64,000 bases of DNA from an uncultured Chloroflexia bacterium (GCA_963748625.1 CAVVJT010000007.1:1216001-1280000), one strand, 5' to 3'. Numbered from the stretch's first letter, positions 32,973-42,941 are shown. The notes: a model not told the origin generated them from the letters alone. A program made the numbers and translations.

Positions 32973-34634
32973 GTGCGTCCACCGGGGGAGCGCACCATCG
33001 ACGTGAGTACCGTGACCGTCAACACCGCATTCGCCCTCGCACTGCTGCTCGCGGCGCTCGCTGGCGCCCTCGCCGGCACCGCCGGCTTCGCCCTCCTTGT
33101 TGCGGGCCGCCAGAACCGGCGCATGGCGCGCCTGCTCGAGCACCTGGCCTCCGCCCAGGACGAGGCGTCGCTCGTGGGTGTGGACGCCGGCCGCCTGCGG
33201 GACCCCCGCCTCCGCCGGTCCGTCGAGACGCTGGCTGATCGCGTCGCGCTCACCTGGGTGCAGGCCACCGTGGACCCGCTCACGGGCGTGGCCAACCGCC
33301 AGGCGATCCTCAGCCTCGTGGACGACGAGATCGCCCGCGCCGCGCGCTACCGCCGCCCGTTCTCGGTGATCCTCGCGGACCTCGACCACTTCAAGCGCCT
33401 CAACGACGCCCACGGACATGCTGCGGGCGACAAGGTCCTTCGGCATGTCGGTGCACTCCTCGCGGGCAGCGTGCGGACGACGGACACCGCGGGCCGCTAT
33501 GGCGGCGAGGAGTTCCTGATCGTGCTGCCGGAGACCGATGCCGACGCGGCCGCCGCGGTGGCGGAGAAGCTGCGCCGCATGGTCGCCGGAGCCCCAGTGC
33601 ACCTGCCGGACGGCGAGACGATCTGCGTGACCCTGTCGGCTGGGGTGGCCGGTGGTATGGGCGACGTCCTCCGTCCCGATGCCCTCGTCCGCGACGCCGA
33701 CGCAGCCCTCTACTCTGCGAAGGCGCTCGGGCGGGACCAGGTCTACGTCTTCCGCGAGACCGGCGACCTCGATACCGTGCGCCGCGCACCGATCGCACCC
33801 GAGGCCCGGAACCGTGCGCTCGACGTGGGGCGCGAAGCGCTGGCCGCCGCCCAGGACGCGCTTCTGAGCACCCTCGCTGCCAAACCCAGCTGGGCTGGCA
33901 AGCCGTCAACGCTGATCGCCGAGGCCTCCGTCGCTGTCGCCCGGGCGATCGCCCTGCCGGCAGGCGAGCTGGACCGCATCCGGACGGCATCCCTTCTCCA
34001 CGACCTGGGCAAGCTCGCCATCCCCGAGGAGATCCTGTCCAAGCCCGGCGACCTCGCCGAGTCGGAGTGGCGCGTGGTGGCCGAGCATCCCAAGATCGGC
34101 CAGGTGGTCCTGGAGCAGGCGGGCGCGCTCCGCGATGCCGCGACCATCGTCCTGCACCACCACGAGTGGTATGACGGGCGCGGCTACCCCCATGGACTCG
34201 CGGGCGGCGAGATCCCTATCGGCGCCCGGATCGTGTCGATCGTGGACGCCTATGAGGCCATGATCGCCGGGCGCCCGTATCGCGCCGCCATCAGCCACGA
34301 GGCGGCCCTCGCCGAGCTACGCCGCCAGGCCGGCGTCCAGTTCGACCCGGAGCTGGTGGAGGTCTTCGGCGAAGTCTTCGCCAACGGCGTCCCATGGGAG
34401 CCCGACGTCCACGAGCATGCGATCGGCGATCCGGTCCACGACCATGCGCGCCCGCAGGACGCTGTCGCTGCTCACGACCACGACCACGACAACGGCCACG
34501 ACCACGAGGGAGCGGACGTCGCTCCCGTCCCGGTCATCCTGCCGGCCGCGCTGCAGGGCATGCCGGCGCGCCGCGGACAGACGACCGCCGAGCTCCACGA
34601 CGCCGTCCACGAGCGCCGCCGCCGCGCCGGCTGA
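32973..34634 (+). CDS. GGDEF + HD-GYP c-di-GMP enzyme with N-terminal TM
   Basis: DPLTG..NR, DLDHFK.LND..GH..GD, RTTD...RYGGEEF; LHDLGK, HHHEWYDGRGYP; His-rich tail; start uncertain. Confidence 0.93.
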   Translation: MRPPGERTIDVSTVTVNTAFALALLLAALAGALAGTAGFALLVAGRQNRRMARLLEHLASAQDEASLVGVDAGRLRDPRLRRSVETLADRVALTWVQATVDPLTGVANRQAILSLVDDEIARAARYRRPFSVILADLDHFKRLNDAHGHAAGDKVLRHVGALLAGSVRTTDTAGRYGGEEFLIVLPETDADAAAAVAEKLRRMVAGAPVHLPDGETICVTLSAGVAGGMGDVLRPDALVRDADAALYSAKALGRDQVYVFRETGDLDTVRRAPIAPEARNRALDVGREALAAAQDALLSTLAAKPSWAGKPSTLIAEASVAVARAIALPAGELDRIRTASLLHDLGKLAIPEEILSKPGDLAESEWRVVAEHPKIGQVVLEQAGALRDAATIVLHHHEWYDGRGYPHGLAGGEIPIGARIVSIVDAYEAMIAGRPYRAAISHEAALAELRRQAGVQFDPELVEVFGEVFANGVPWEPDVHEHAIGDPVHDHARPQDAVAAHDHDHDNGHDHEGADVAPVPVILPAALQGMPARRGQTTAELHDAVHERRRRAG

Positions 34635-34668
34635 CCACGTCCAGCGCCTGGTCCGCCGGGACGGGACA

Positions 34669-35337
34669 CTAGCGTGCCTGCGCCACCCGCATCCGCTCGA
34701 TGCCGTCGAGGATGATGTCCAGCCCGTACTCGAACTCGGCGAAGTAGTCGAATCCGGACGCCATCAGCTCCCGGGACACCTTGGCGAACGTCGGGTACTG
34801 GTCGGCCGGGACCTGGGCGAGCAGCTCCGGACCCATCACCGCCAGCTCGTCGGCGTTCGTGAAGGGCAGATTGACCTCCTGGAGCGCGAAGCCCAGGACG
34901 TAGCTGTCGAGCAGGTTGTAGGCACGGGTGGCCGTGGCCGCCGAGAAGCCGGCCCCCACCAGGACCGTGAGCGTCTCGTCGTGGCTGCGCAGGTTCGCGG
35001 GACCGGGCGCCATCCGCGACTCCAGCAGCGTGATCGCCCAGGGATGGCGTCGCAGCATGGCCCGTGCCGAGATGGATCGCGCGCGAATGGCCGCCCGCCA
35101 GTCCGAGCGGTCCTCGGGCAGCTCGATCTCCTCGAAGGCGAGATCAACGAGGCCGTCGAGGATGTCGTCCTTGTTGCGCACGTGGCGGTAGAGGGACATC
35201 GCCTCGACGCCCAGCCGGCGGCCGATCGCCTGCATGGTCAGCGCGCCGGCCCCCTGCTCGTCGGCCAGCTCCAGCGCGGCGCGGAGGATCCGGTCGCGGG
35301 TCAGGGGCTCGCGGTCGTGAGGTCTTCGGCTGGCCAT
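34669..35337 (-). CDS. TetR-family regulator (TetR_C type)
   Basis: LTRDRILRAAL.LAD..G...LTM..I...LGVEAMSLYRHV.NKD; FEYGLD.ILDG; start ATG 35337 with AGGAG RBS. Confidence 0.93.
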   Translation of the reverse strand: MASRRPHDREPLTRDRILRAALELADEQGAGALTMQAIGRRLGVEAMSLYRHVRNKDDILDGLVDLAFEEIELPEDRSDWRAAIRARSISARAMLRRHPWAITLLESRMAPGPANLRSHDETLTVLVGAGFSAATATRAYNLLDSYVLGFALQEVNLPFTNADELAVMGPELLAQVPADQYPTFAKVSRELMASGFDYFAEFEYGLDIILDGIERMRVAQAR

Positions 35338-35357
35338 CGGTCTCCTTCGCAGGTCTG

Positions 35358-35411
35358 TTGACACCATGGTAGCTTATGTCATACGCTTATGGCATACGCT
35401 TATGTCATAAG
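35358..35411. promoter_or_regulatory. Promoter with three tandem 13-bp operators
   Basis: TTGACA(35358)-18 nt-TACGCT; CTTATGTCATACG / CTTATGGCATACG / CTTATGTCATAAG at 35373-35411. Confidence 0.8.
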
Positions 35412-35459
35412 CGAACCATCAGGGGCGGCGCGGACGGCGCGGCCCGGGGAGACGGACAC

Positions 35460-36458
35460 GTGCGGGCGATCGTCGGGGAGCGGTACGGCGGGCCGGAGGG
35501 GCTGGAGCTTCGAGAGGTCGAGCGGCCCGCCGTCGGAGCACAGGAGGTGCTCGTCCGCGTCGTGGCGGCGAGCGTCCACATCGGTGACGTGTTCGCGATG
35601 CGCGGGGCGCCCTTCCTCGTCCGACTCACGACCGGTCTGCGCCGCCCGAAGCTTGGAGTCCCCGGGCTCGATCTCGCGGGCATCGTCGAGGAAGTCGGCC
35701 CGGAGGTCACCCGATTCGCCCCGGGCGATGAGGTGTTCGGCCTGTGCAGCTGGCCGTCGGCCGGCGCCTGCGCGGACCTTGCGCTGGCAGCTGAGAGCAC
35801 GCTGGCTCCGAAGCCCTCGACGCTCACCTTCGAGCAGGCTGCCGCCCTCCCGACCTCGGCGTCAGCGGCCCTCCACGGCATTCGGGATGCGGGCGGTGTC
35901 AAGGCGGGCCAGCGGGTGCTGGTCAACGGGGCGTCGGGCGGGGTCGGCGTGTTCGCCGTCCAGATCGCGCGGGCGCTCGGCGCCGAGGTGACCGCGGTGT
36001 GCGGCCCGGGCGGCGCGGCGCTCGTGCGGGAGCTTGGCGCGTCCGACGTCATCGACTACACCCAGGCAGACGTCACCACGTGCGGCGACCTGTACGACGT
36101 GATCCTCGACAACGTGGAGAACCACCCGTTGGGGGCGATGCGCCGAATCCTTGTGACTGACGGCACGCTGGTGTGCAACAGCGGCACCGGTGCGGGCGGA
36201 CTCACGTTCCTCGTGCGCCTTGCCATGCCGGTCCTCCAGGACCCGTTCGTGCCGCAGCACCTGCGGCGGCCGTTCTCCAACCCCAAGCGCGAAGACCTCG
36301 AGGTGCTCACGGCCATGGTGGCGGACGGGTCACTGCGGCCGGTCATCGACACGGTGTACCCGCTCGAGGAGACAGCCGCGGCGATGCGCCACGTGGAGAC
36401 GGGTCACCCGCGCGGCAAGGTGGTGGTCCGTGTCGCCGCCGAAGACCTGGGCTCGTGA
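35460..36458 (+). CDS. MDR-superfamily NAD(P)-dependent alcohol dehydrogenase / quinone reductase-like
   Basis: YGGPE.L, PGLDLAG.VE.VG, VLVNGASGGVG, VIDY, GHPRGKVVV. Confidence 0.92.
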   Translation: MRAIVGERYGGPEGLELREVERPAVGAQEVLVRVVAASVHIGDVFAMRGAPFLVRLTTGLRRPKLGVPGLDLAGIVEEVGPEVTRFAPGDEVFGLCSWPSAGACADLALAAESTLAPKPSTLTFEQAAALPTSASAALHGIRDAGGVKAGQRVLVNGASGGVGVFAVQIARALGAEVTAVCGPGGAALVRELGASDVIDYTQADVTTCGDLYDVILDNVENHPLGAMRRILVTDGTLVCNSGTGAGGLTFLVRLAMPVLQDPFVPQHLRRPFSNPKREDLEVLTAMVADGSLRPVIDTVYPLEETAAAMRHVETGHPRGKVVVRVAAEDLGS

Positions 36459-36475
36459 GCGGGAGGAGGCGCGCG

Positions 36476-36862
36476 ATGACGGCGACAACAGTGGACACCC
36501 GGATCGTCCTCGCCGGCCTGTGGGTGGCGATCATGCTCACCTACCTGCTGGGCGACGTGCTGCGCCTCATGGCCGGCCACGCGGTGCCCGGCGAGATGGC
36601 CGGCAAGCCCGCGACCCAGGCGATGTGGCTCCTCGCGGCGTTGATCATGCTCGTGCCGATCGTGATGATCGTCCTGAGCCTGGTCCTCCCATTCCCGCTG
36701 ATCGGCTGGGTCAGCCTCGTGGTGACCGTGATCGTGGTCGTGTTCAACCTGGTCGGCCTGCCCTACCCGGGCTGGTACGACAACGTCCTGATCCTGGTGA
36801 GCTTCGTCTTCAACGCGCTGATCGCCTGGTACGCGTGGGGGTGGGTGTCGGCCGGCGGCTGA
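36476..36862 (+). CDS. Four-TM membrane protein (DUF6326-like)
   Basis: LAGLW..MLTYLLGDVL...; GGAGG RBS; follows the dehydrogenase. Confidence 0.75.
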   Translation: MTATTVDTRIVLAGLWVAIMLTYLLGDVLRLMAGHAVPGEMAGKPATQAMWLLAALIMLVPIVMIVLSLVLPFPLIGWVSLVVTVIVVVFNLVGLPYPGWYDNVLILVSFVFNALIAWYAWGWVSAGG

Positions 36863-37045
36863 TCCGCCTGCCGCTGACCGGGCGGAGCTGTCCCGTCTCG
36901 ACCAGGCCTCGCAGGTTCCACGGAGCCGGTTCCCTTGCAGGCCTGTTGTGCTTCAGCGCCCGGGGGCGCATCCTTGGACTCTGTCCGGTCCTGGTGCCGA
37001 CGCCTCGATCCTCGAGACTGCACGGGCGGCAACGGAAGGCGTCCC

Positions 37046-37828
37046 ATGCCTCTCAACCCCAGTCCTGCTCGCACGGTCGAGCCGGATATCCGGCCGGAGG
37101 TGCCGGGCGGAGACCCGCTGCCTGACGCGGCCAACCGCAGCGTGGCCCGCCCGCTTCGCGTGCTCGTGGTCGACGACCATGACATCGTCCGCCAGGGGCT
37201 GGTCGCCCTGCTGGCCCGGCGCACCCAGTTCCAGGTGGTCGCGCAGGCGGGCACCGTGGCCGAGGCGCTCGCCGAGGCGCGCCGGTTCGAGCCCGACCTT
37301 GTCCTGATGGACGTCAGCCTGCCCGATGGCTCGGGGATCGATGCCTGCCGTCTCATCCGTGCCGAGCTTCCGGGCACGCGCGTCGTCTTCCTCACGAGCT
37401 CGCCAGAGGATGAGGACGTCCTCGCCGCCATCGTCGCGGGCGCATCGGGCTACGTCCTCAAGCAGTCGCGCGCGAGCGAGCTCGTCCGGGCGCTCATCGT
37501 TGCCGGCCAGGGCGAGTCGCTGCTCGACCCGGGCGTGACCGGTGCGGTGATGGAGCACATCCGCCTGATCGCCACCGGCGGGTACGCGGACGTCACGCAC
37601 CAGCTGACGGCGCAGGAGCGGAGGATCCTGCCCCTGCTGGCTGCGGGGAGCACCAACAAGGAGATCGCAGCGCAGGTCTTCCTCTCGGACAAGACGGTCA
37701 AGAACTACGTCAGCTCGATCCTCGCGAAGCTGAACCTGGAACGCCGCTCCCAGGCGCCGGCGTTCGTTGCAGAGCACCGGCGCGAGCTCGGATCCCTCGA
37801 CCCGGACAATCCGGCGACTCGCCCCTGA
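37046..37828 (+). CDS. NarL/LuxR-family response regulator (orphan)
   Basis: VVDDH..VR.G, LMDV.LPDGSG, GYVLK, LT..E..IL..LA.G.TNKEIA..FLS.KTVKNYVS. Confidence 0.92.
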   Translation: MPLNPSPARTVEPDIRPEVPGGDPLPDAANRSVARPLRVLVVDDHDIVRQGLVALLARRTQFQVVAQAGTVAEALAEARRFEPDLVLMDVSLPDGSGIDACRLIRAELPGTRVVFLTSSPEDEDVLAAIVAGASGYVLKQSRASELVRALIVAGQGESLLDPGVTGAVMEHIRLIATGGYADVTHQLTAQERRILPLLAAGSTNKEIAAQVFLSDKTVKNYVSSILAKLNLERRSQAPAFVAEHRRELGSLDPDNPATRP

Positions 37829-37912
37829 TCTAGCGGGGGCGTGCGGAGGGCTGGCTCGTCGCGCCGGGCCTTGCGCCCGTCCAGCCCACCTTTGACGTCG
37901 CCCGGGCCCGCT

Positions 37913-37995
37913 TCACGCACCGTCCGTCACGACGATGACGACCTTGCCTCGAGCGTGACCCTGGTCGAGGTAGCGGAAGGCCTCGGCTGTCTCAT
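37913..37995 (-). pseudogene. C-terminal remnant of an MDR dehydrogenase
   Basis: Manual translation ETAEAFRYLDQGHARGKVVIVVTDGA*, directly after an ATGA overlapping the upstream stop. Confidence 0.7.
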
Positions 37996-38981
37996 GGCGT
38001 TCCCCCGATCACGACGACGATGGTCCCCAGCTTCTGGCCCGTTTCAGCGTACCTGTGCGCCTCGACGATCTTCTCGAGCGGGAAGCTCCGGTCGACGACC
38101 GGGCGCAGGCGCCCCGCCTCGATCAGGCCGCGCAGGTAGGCGAGGTCCTCGCCCGTCGAGCGCGTTGGAATGAACGACACCCGCTTCCCGCTTCGCCTGG
38201 CCGCCCACCTGCCGCGGACGATCTGCAGGAAGCCCGGATTGGCCATCAGCAGCCATCCGTTCGCGGTCAGCAACCCCACCATGCGGGCGGACGGTGTGCC
38301 GCGCACGATGTCGAAGATGACGTCGAAGGTCTCGGGACCGCCAGTGACATCCTCCCGGGCGTAGTCGATGACGCGATCCGCGCCGATCGTGCGCAGCATC
38401 TCCAGCTTCGGTGCGCTGTCCACCGCGGTCACGTGCGCCCCGAGGAGCTTGGCGAGCTGGACCGCGAAGGTGCCGAAGCTCCCTCCCGCACCGTTGACCA
38501 GGACCCGCTGTCCGCTCCGGACGTCCGCCTTCCGCAGGAACGACATGGCCTCGCCTCCCCCGTAGGGAATGGCCGCAGCCTCCGCGTAGCCCAGGTTCGT
38601 CGGCATGGTCGCGATCGCCCCGGTCGGGGGGTTCTCGCGCAGGCAGATGTACTCCGCGTAGGCTCCCAGGGGGATGCCCGTCGCCGCGAAGACCCGGTCG
38701 CCCTGCTTGAGCGACCCGACCTTCCTGCCCACCGCCTCGACGTCACCGGCAAGCTCCTGCCCGAGCACGCGTCGTCTCGGTCTGCGGATGCCGAACCCCA
38801 ATCGCATGGGCACCCAGATCCAGGGGGCGAAGTCGAACCGCCGCAGCTCGCAATCGGCCGTGCTGACCGTCGTGGCGCGAATCCGGACCAGCACCTCGTC
38901 GTCCTTCGGGACGGGTTTCGGCACGTCGCGGAGCTGGAGGACATCCGGCGGTCCGTAGTCCGTGCACACGACTGCTCTCAT
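37992..38981 (-). CDS. MDR-superfamily NAD(P)-dependent alcohol dehydrogenase-like
   Basis: YGPPDVL, LGQELAG.VE.VG, VLVNGAGGSFG, VIDY, AHRYAE.G.K.G. Confidence 0.92.
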   Translation of the reverse strand: MRAVVCTDYGPPDVLQLRDVPKPVPKDDEVLVRIRATTVSTADCELRRFDFAPWIWVPMRLGFGIRRPRRRVLGQELAGDVEAVGRKVGSLKQGDRVFAATGIPLGAYAEYICLRENPPTGAIATMPTNLGYAEAAAIPYGGGEAMSFLRKADVRSGQRVLVNGAGGSFGTFAVQLAKLLGAHVTAVDSAPKLEMLRTIGADRVIDYAREDVTGGPETFDVIFDIVRGTPSARMVGLLTANGWLLMANPGFLQIVRGRWAARRSGKRVSFIPTRSTGEDLAYLRGLIEAGRLRPVVDRSFPLEKIVEAHRYAETGQKLGTIVVVIGGTP

Positions 38982-39017
38982 GGGTCACCGACTCTTGCAG
39001 GGCCCCGTCGTCCTTGC

Positions 39018-39350
39018 CTAGGGGCATTGGGCCCGTCGTGGGGCCCGGCCTCGCCAGGCGCCATCCTGTGCGGCCGTCTCCGTTTCCAGCAACATGTGGG
39101 CGAGCGCAGGAAACGCGATCGCTGAGACCAGACCGGCGAGGACGAGCGCCGATCCGGTGAGGGGCGTGATCAGGCCGAGTCGCTGCCCGACGGCAACGGC
39201 AACCACGACGAAGGACAGGTTGGTGGCCTGCATGAGACCGACGGCCGCGGTGCCTCGACTGGACAGGTGCCGCCCATAGAGGAACGCCGGGGTCCCTCGG
39301 ACCACGAGCAGGAGGCCCGCGAAGAGGGCGATCTGGCCGATCTCCTCCAC
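39018..39350 (-). pseudogene. C-terminal fragment of a cation:proton antiporter (CPA2-like)
   Basis: LLVVRG.PA.LY...GLMQATNLSFVVVA...ALVLAGLVSAIAFP; N-terminal part missing. Confidence 0.55.
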
Positions 39351-39497
39351 ATCAGCCAGTATGTGAACGGCGTCGATGCCTTCGGGCTGTCGACGGACAG
39401 CGCCCGCTTGTTGCGGCTGTTCTTTCAGCCACTGCTCGTCGCCTGGGCGCTGTGGGCGACGGATGCCTGGCGCGTGTTCGTGCGCTCAAGGGCCTAG
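39350..39497 (+). pseudogene. C-terminal fragment of a DoxX-like membrane protein
   Basis: ISQYVNGVDAFGLSTDSARLLRLFFQPLLVAWALWAT; no start codon. Confidence 0.5.
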
Positions 39498-39722
39498 GCA
39501 TCGCGAAGGGGCTGCTGCGCCGGAGTGTGGGCGGCACGGAGCGAGCCCCGGGCTGGGCTACCGCGCTGGCCCACCGCGCTGGCCGCACCCCGAGCACGAG
39601 GCCCGCGACAGCGTCCGCGCGCAGGGTGTCCCGGCGGGCATGAGGGCAGCTTCCCAACTCAAGTCCCTCGTGTGCGAGCGATCAACATCGCAGACGCATG
39701 AGGGCAGCGCGTCGAGCCGTCG

Positions 39723-40406
39723 TCAGGCTTCGTCCGCGCCAGAGAGGTCCTTGTCCTCCATCTCCCACGCATGGTCGAGCGTGTGGAACGCCGAGTGCCG
39801 GATCAGGTACGGCAGCGTCCAGGACCGCGTGCGCTTCGCAACCTCGCCGGCGTTGTACGCGCGCATTGCCGCGACGTAGCCCTCTCGGTGCTGGCGCAGC
39901 CCGTCAGGCGTGAGCGCGGCCTCCTCGGCGATCCGGATCCCGACCTGCTTCGCGAAGTCCTCGCTCTCCGTGCGGATGGTGTGCCGGATGATCCGGTCGC
40001 GGTCGCGACCTCCCCCCCGGGGGCCCTTGCGCATCACCGGCGAGACCCGCGCCGCGACGGCGTCGAAGAACGCCCAGGAGGCCTGGAGGATGGTGATGCC
40101 GCGCTCGAGCTCGGCATCCTCCATCGGTCCCTGCTCCGTGGACGACGGGGAGAAGGAGATGCCCCAGAAGTCGACCGAGCCCGTGCCGACCTTGTCCTCC
40201 ACGACCACGAGGGGTCCGGCAGCGGCGAACTCGCGCGCCATCCCGGCCAGGCTCGCCACGGGACGGTACCGCTCGCGATAGGCCTCGAGTGCCGCAAGGG
40301 CGAGGTCGCCGGTCTTTGCGCCGCGGCTCCACCCCGGCCAGTCGAGGCTGAAGGCGACCGACCGCTTGCCCTTGGGTCCATGTTCGACGACGGTGCGGAC
40401 AGGCAT
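39723..40406 (-). CDS. Hypothetical protein (DinB-like C-terminal His motif)
   Basis: LDWPGWSRG, GPRGGGRDRD.I..H, RHSAFHTLDHAWEMED. Confidence 0.75.
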   Translation of the reverse strand: MPVRTVVEHGPKGKRSVAFSLDWPGWSRGAKTGDLALAALEAYRERYRPVASLAGMAREFAAAGPLVVVEDKVGTGSVDFWGISFSPSSTEQGPMEDAELERGITILQASWAFFDAVAARVSPVMRKGPRGGGRDRDRIIRHTIRTESEDFAKQVGIRIAEEAALTPDGLRQHREGYVAAMRAYNAGEVAKRTRSWTLPYLIRHSAFHTLDHAWEMEDKDLSGADEA

Positions 40407-40642
40407 GGGTCATTGTCGCGTGGACGCGCAAGGCACGCCGTAGCTGGCCCATGGCGGCGTCCCGGGTGTTCTCCGTCCTGTGCGAGCGGCCGATCGCGTC
40501 CGTGGAGAGGGTGCACATGGGCGCCTAGAACGTTGACACCGCTCCCGGAGACAGACGACGAGGGTCCCGATCGCGCCTCGGCCGCGGTGAGGACTCTCGC
40601 GAGCGCCGTTGACGGTGCTCGAGCGGGCGGTGGTCGTGCGGG

Positions 40643-41461
40643 TCAGACCGTTGCCGCACCCGGGCGGCGCAGGCGCTTCACCGTTGCCGGAGAGGGAGGG
40701 GACTCGCGTCGGAGCCCGCCCGGCAGGTCCTGTCCGGTGGCCCACGCCTCGACCATGCGGATGTGCAGGTCCGGTGACCTTCGCTGCCAGCAGTGGTCCA
40801 GGTCTGGGGCGAACATCGCGGTCGCGTGCGGCATGAGGGCGGCAAGCGCCGCGTTGGACGGCCGGACCATGCTCTCCTTCTCGCCGGCAACGAGGAGGGT
40901 CGGGCACGGGGCGCCGGTGGCCGCAAACGTCGTGAAGCACTCCGCAAGCGCCCGCCCGAACGCCTTGCGTGACACGGCGCCCAGGTCCGCCGGGTCGTGC
41001 GTCTCACGGAACATGGCCATGACCGGACGGGTGTGGATGAAGGGCGCCAGCGCCATCATGAACAGGCGCATGAGTCCACGGCCGACGCGCGGCGCGTCAA
41101 ACGGTGGCGAGCCATCGATGATGGCCCGCTCGACGCGTTCAGGGTGGCTGTCCAGCAGGGCGTGGAGGAGGACGCCGCCCCAGGACAGCCCGACGACGCT
41201 CGCTCGGCCCGCTGGCACGCGCGCCTCGATGAGCTGGGCCAGCAGGTCCGCGATCTGATCCTTCGACGCTGGCGGCAGCCGGTTGCTGCGCCCGTGGCCG
41301 GGGAGATCGGGGGCCAGGCAGTGGAAACCTCCGAGCCTCGCCATGTGCCCGCGCCACTCCCGGCCGCTCTGGCCGGCCCCATGGATGAACACGATCGCCG
41401 GCGCGCCCGGGTTGCCGGACTCGTGCACGTGCATGCCGCCTGGATTCGTCGACGGGTCCAT
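40643..41461 (-). CDS. Alpha/beta hydrolase
   Basis: FIHG, APDLPGHGRS, GLSWGG nucleophile, LVAGEKE, H near the C-terminus; start 41461 or 41434. Confidence 0.88.
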   Translation of the reverse strand: MDPSTNPGGMHVHESGNPGAPAIVFIHGAGQSGREWRGHMARLGGFHCLAPDLPGHGRSNRLPPASKDQIADLLAQLIEARVPAGRASVVGLSWGGVLLHALLDSHPERVERAIIDGSPPFDAPRVGRGLMRLFMMALAPFIHTRPVMAMFRETHDPADLGAVSRKAFGRALAECFTTFAATGAPCPTLLVAGEKESMVRPSNAALAALMPHATAMFAPDLDHCWQRRSPDLHIRMVEAWATGQDLPGGLRRESPPSPATVKRLRRPGAATV

Positions 41462-41510
41462 CACGAGCCCTCGCAGGCGGCGACGCCCGGTGGCCGTGGT
41501 CCGACCGCCA

Positions 41511-42251
41511 TCATCGTTTCGGTCTCGCGAGGTGCCCGATGCCGACGGCCCGTGCGGCGGCCACGGCGGCCGCGACGCCATTGGTCCAGGGGCTCCCATG
41601 CCCGGGCAGCAGCCAGTGCGCCTCGAAATGCTCGACGTTCGCGAGTGATGCCAGCGCATCGTCGGGGTCGGCGGCGAACGGACAGACCTGCGGACCGCGT
41701 CGCCCATTGATCAACGCGTCCGTCGCCAGCGCATCGCCCACGAAGAGGGCGTCATGCCCCGGCGCGTGGAAGGTGACGCTGCCTGGCGTGTGACCCGGCG
41801 TGGGGATGACACGAAGCGCACCCGGCACGTCCAGCGTGGCGCCCGGGTCGAAGGTGCCGACCGTCGTCAGCGCCTTGGTGCGCATCCCGCCGTGGCGCAT
41901 GAGCCACAGCATGTAGCGCAGCAGGGAACCGACCCGGTACTCGCCCATGCCGGCGCTTGGGTTCCTGGCCTCGCCGCGCGCGAGGGCAGCGTCGACCTGG
42001 TGGATGCTGACGGGCACCGCGTGCTCGGCGCGCAGTCGCTCGGCGAACCCGCGGTGGTCGTCGTGGCCGTGGGTCAGCACGAGCGCCTGGACGTCGTCGA
42101 TCGTGCGGCCCATGGCCGCCAGCTCGGCCGTCAGGTCCGCGTAGTAGGCGGGCACGCCCGCGTCGATGATGGTGACGGCCCCGGCCTCCTCCACGAGGTA
42201 GCAGCCGACGGTCTCCTCACCGAGCCGATGCAGCGATGGGGCGAGACGCAT
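41511..42251 (-). CDS. MBL-fold metallo-hydrolase
   Basis: IDAG, THGHDDHRG, PGHTPGS, VGDA, PGHG. Confidence 0.92.
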   Translation of the reverse strand: MRLAPSLHRLGEETVGCYLVEEAGAVTIIDAGVPAYYADLTAELAAMGRTIDDVQALVLTHGHDDHRGFAERLRAEHAVPVSIHQVDAALARGEARNPSAGMGEYRVGSLLRYMLWLMRHGGMRTKALTTVGTFDPGATLDVPGALRVIPTPGHTPGSVTFHAPGHDALFVGDALATDALINGRRGPQVCPFAADPDDALASLANVEHFEAHWLLPGHGSPWTNGVAAAVAAARAVGIGHLARPKR

Positions 42252-42257
42252 GGGTCC

Positions 42258-42941
42258 TCACCCCGCCCCCACGCCCGCGAGCACGGGTGTCGCGGCGACC
42301 GGCTCCTCCACCGGCGCTGTCCGCACCGCGCCACGAACGAACTGGAGGCCCAGCCGGGTCGGCATGTCGACGACGGAGACGTCGGTGAAGCCCGCCTCTT
42401 CCATCATCCGCCGCATCGCATCCACGCTCCACTGCCACTGGCCGAATGCATCGACCTTGCCCGACCGGCCCCACTTGTCGACCTGCTTGTCGATGGTGAT
42501 CACCAGCCGACCGCCGGGCCGCAGCACCCGCCGCATCTCCCGTAGCGCCTTGGCGGGATCCGGGACGAACTTCAGGCAGTTGAGTGATGACGCGACGCTG
42601 AAGCGGCCGTCCTCCCACGGCAGCGTCATGGCATTGCCCAGGACGATCTCGGCCGTCCCTGCTGCAATGCGGTCGGCCAGCCGCTTCCGGGCCATCCCGA
42701 CCTGGATCTCCGACGCATCCAGGCCGGCGACGTGGCGGACGTGCGCCGCCTGATCCGCGAGCAGCCTCGCGGACCCGCACCCGATATCGAGAAGATCGTC
42801 GTCGGGCTGGAGGCGGAGCTCGGCCGCAAGCATCGGATAGAGCGGCCCGACCATCTTCGGCATCAGTCGCGCACCGGCCGATCCGAGTGGACCGTGTGGC
42901 ACCCCGAAGAACGGGAGCCAGAACGACCTGCGCAGGCCCAT
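42258..42941 (-). CDS. Class I SAM-dependent methyltransferase
   Basis: LLDIGCGSA, GLDASE, LPWEDGRF, EMRRVLRPGGRL; start ATG 42941. Confidence 0.9.
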   Translation of the reverse strand: MGLRRSFWLPFFGVPHGPLGSAGARLMPKMVGPLYPMLAAELRLQPDDDLLDIGCGSARLLADQAAHVRHVAGLDASEIQVGMARKRLADRIAAGTAEIVLGNAMTLPWEDGRFSVASSLNCLKFVPDPAKALREMRRVLRPGGRLVITIDKQVDKWGRSGKVDAFGQWQWSVDAMRRMMEEAGFTDVSVVDMPTRLGLQFVRGAVRTAPVEEPVAATPVLAGVGAG

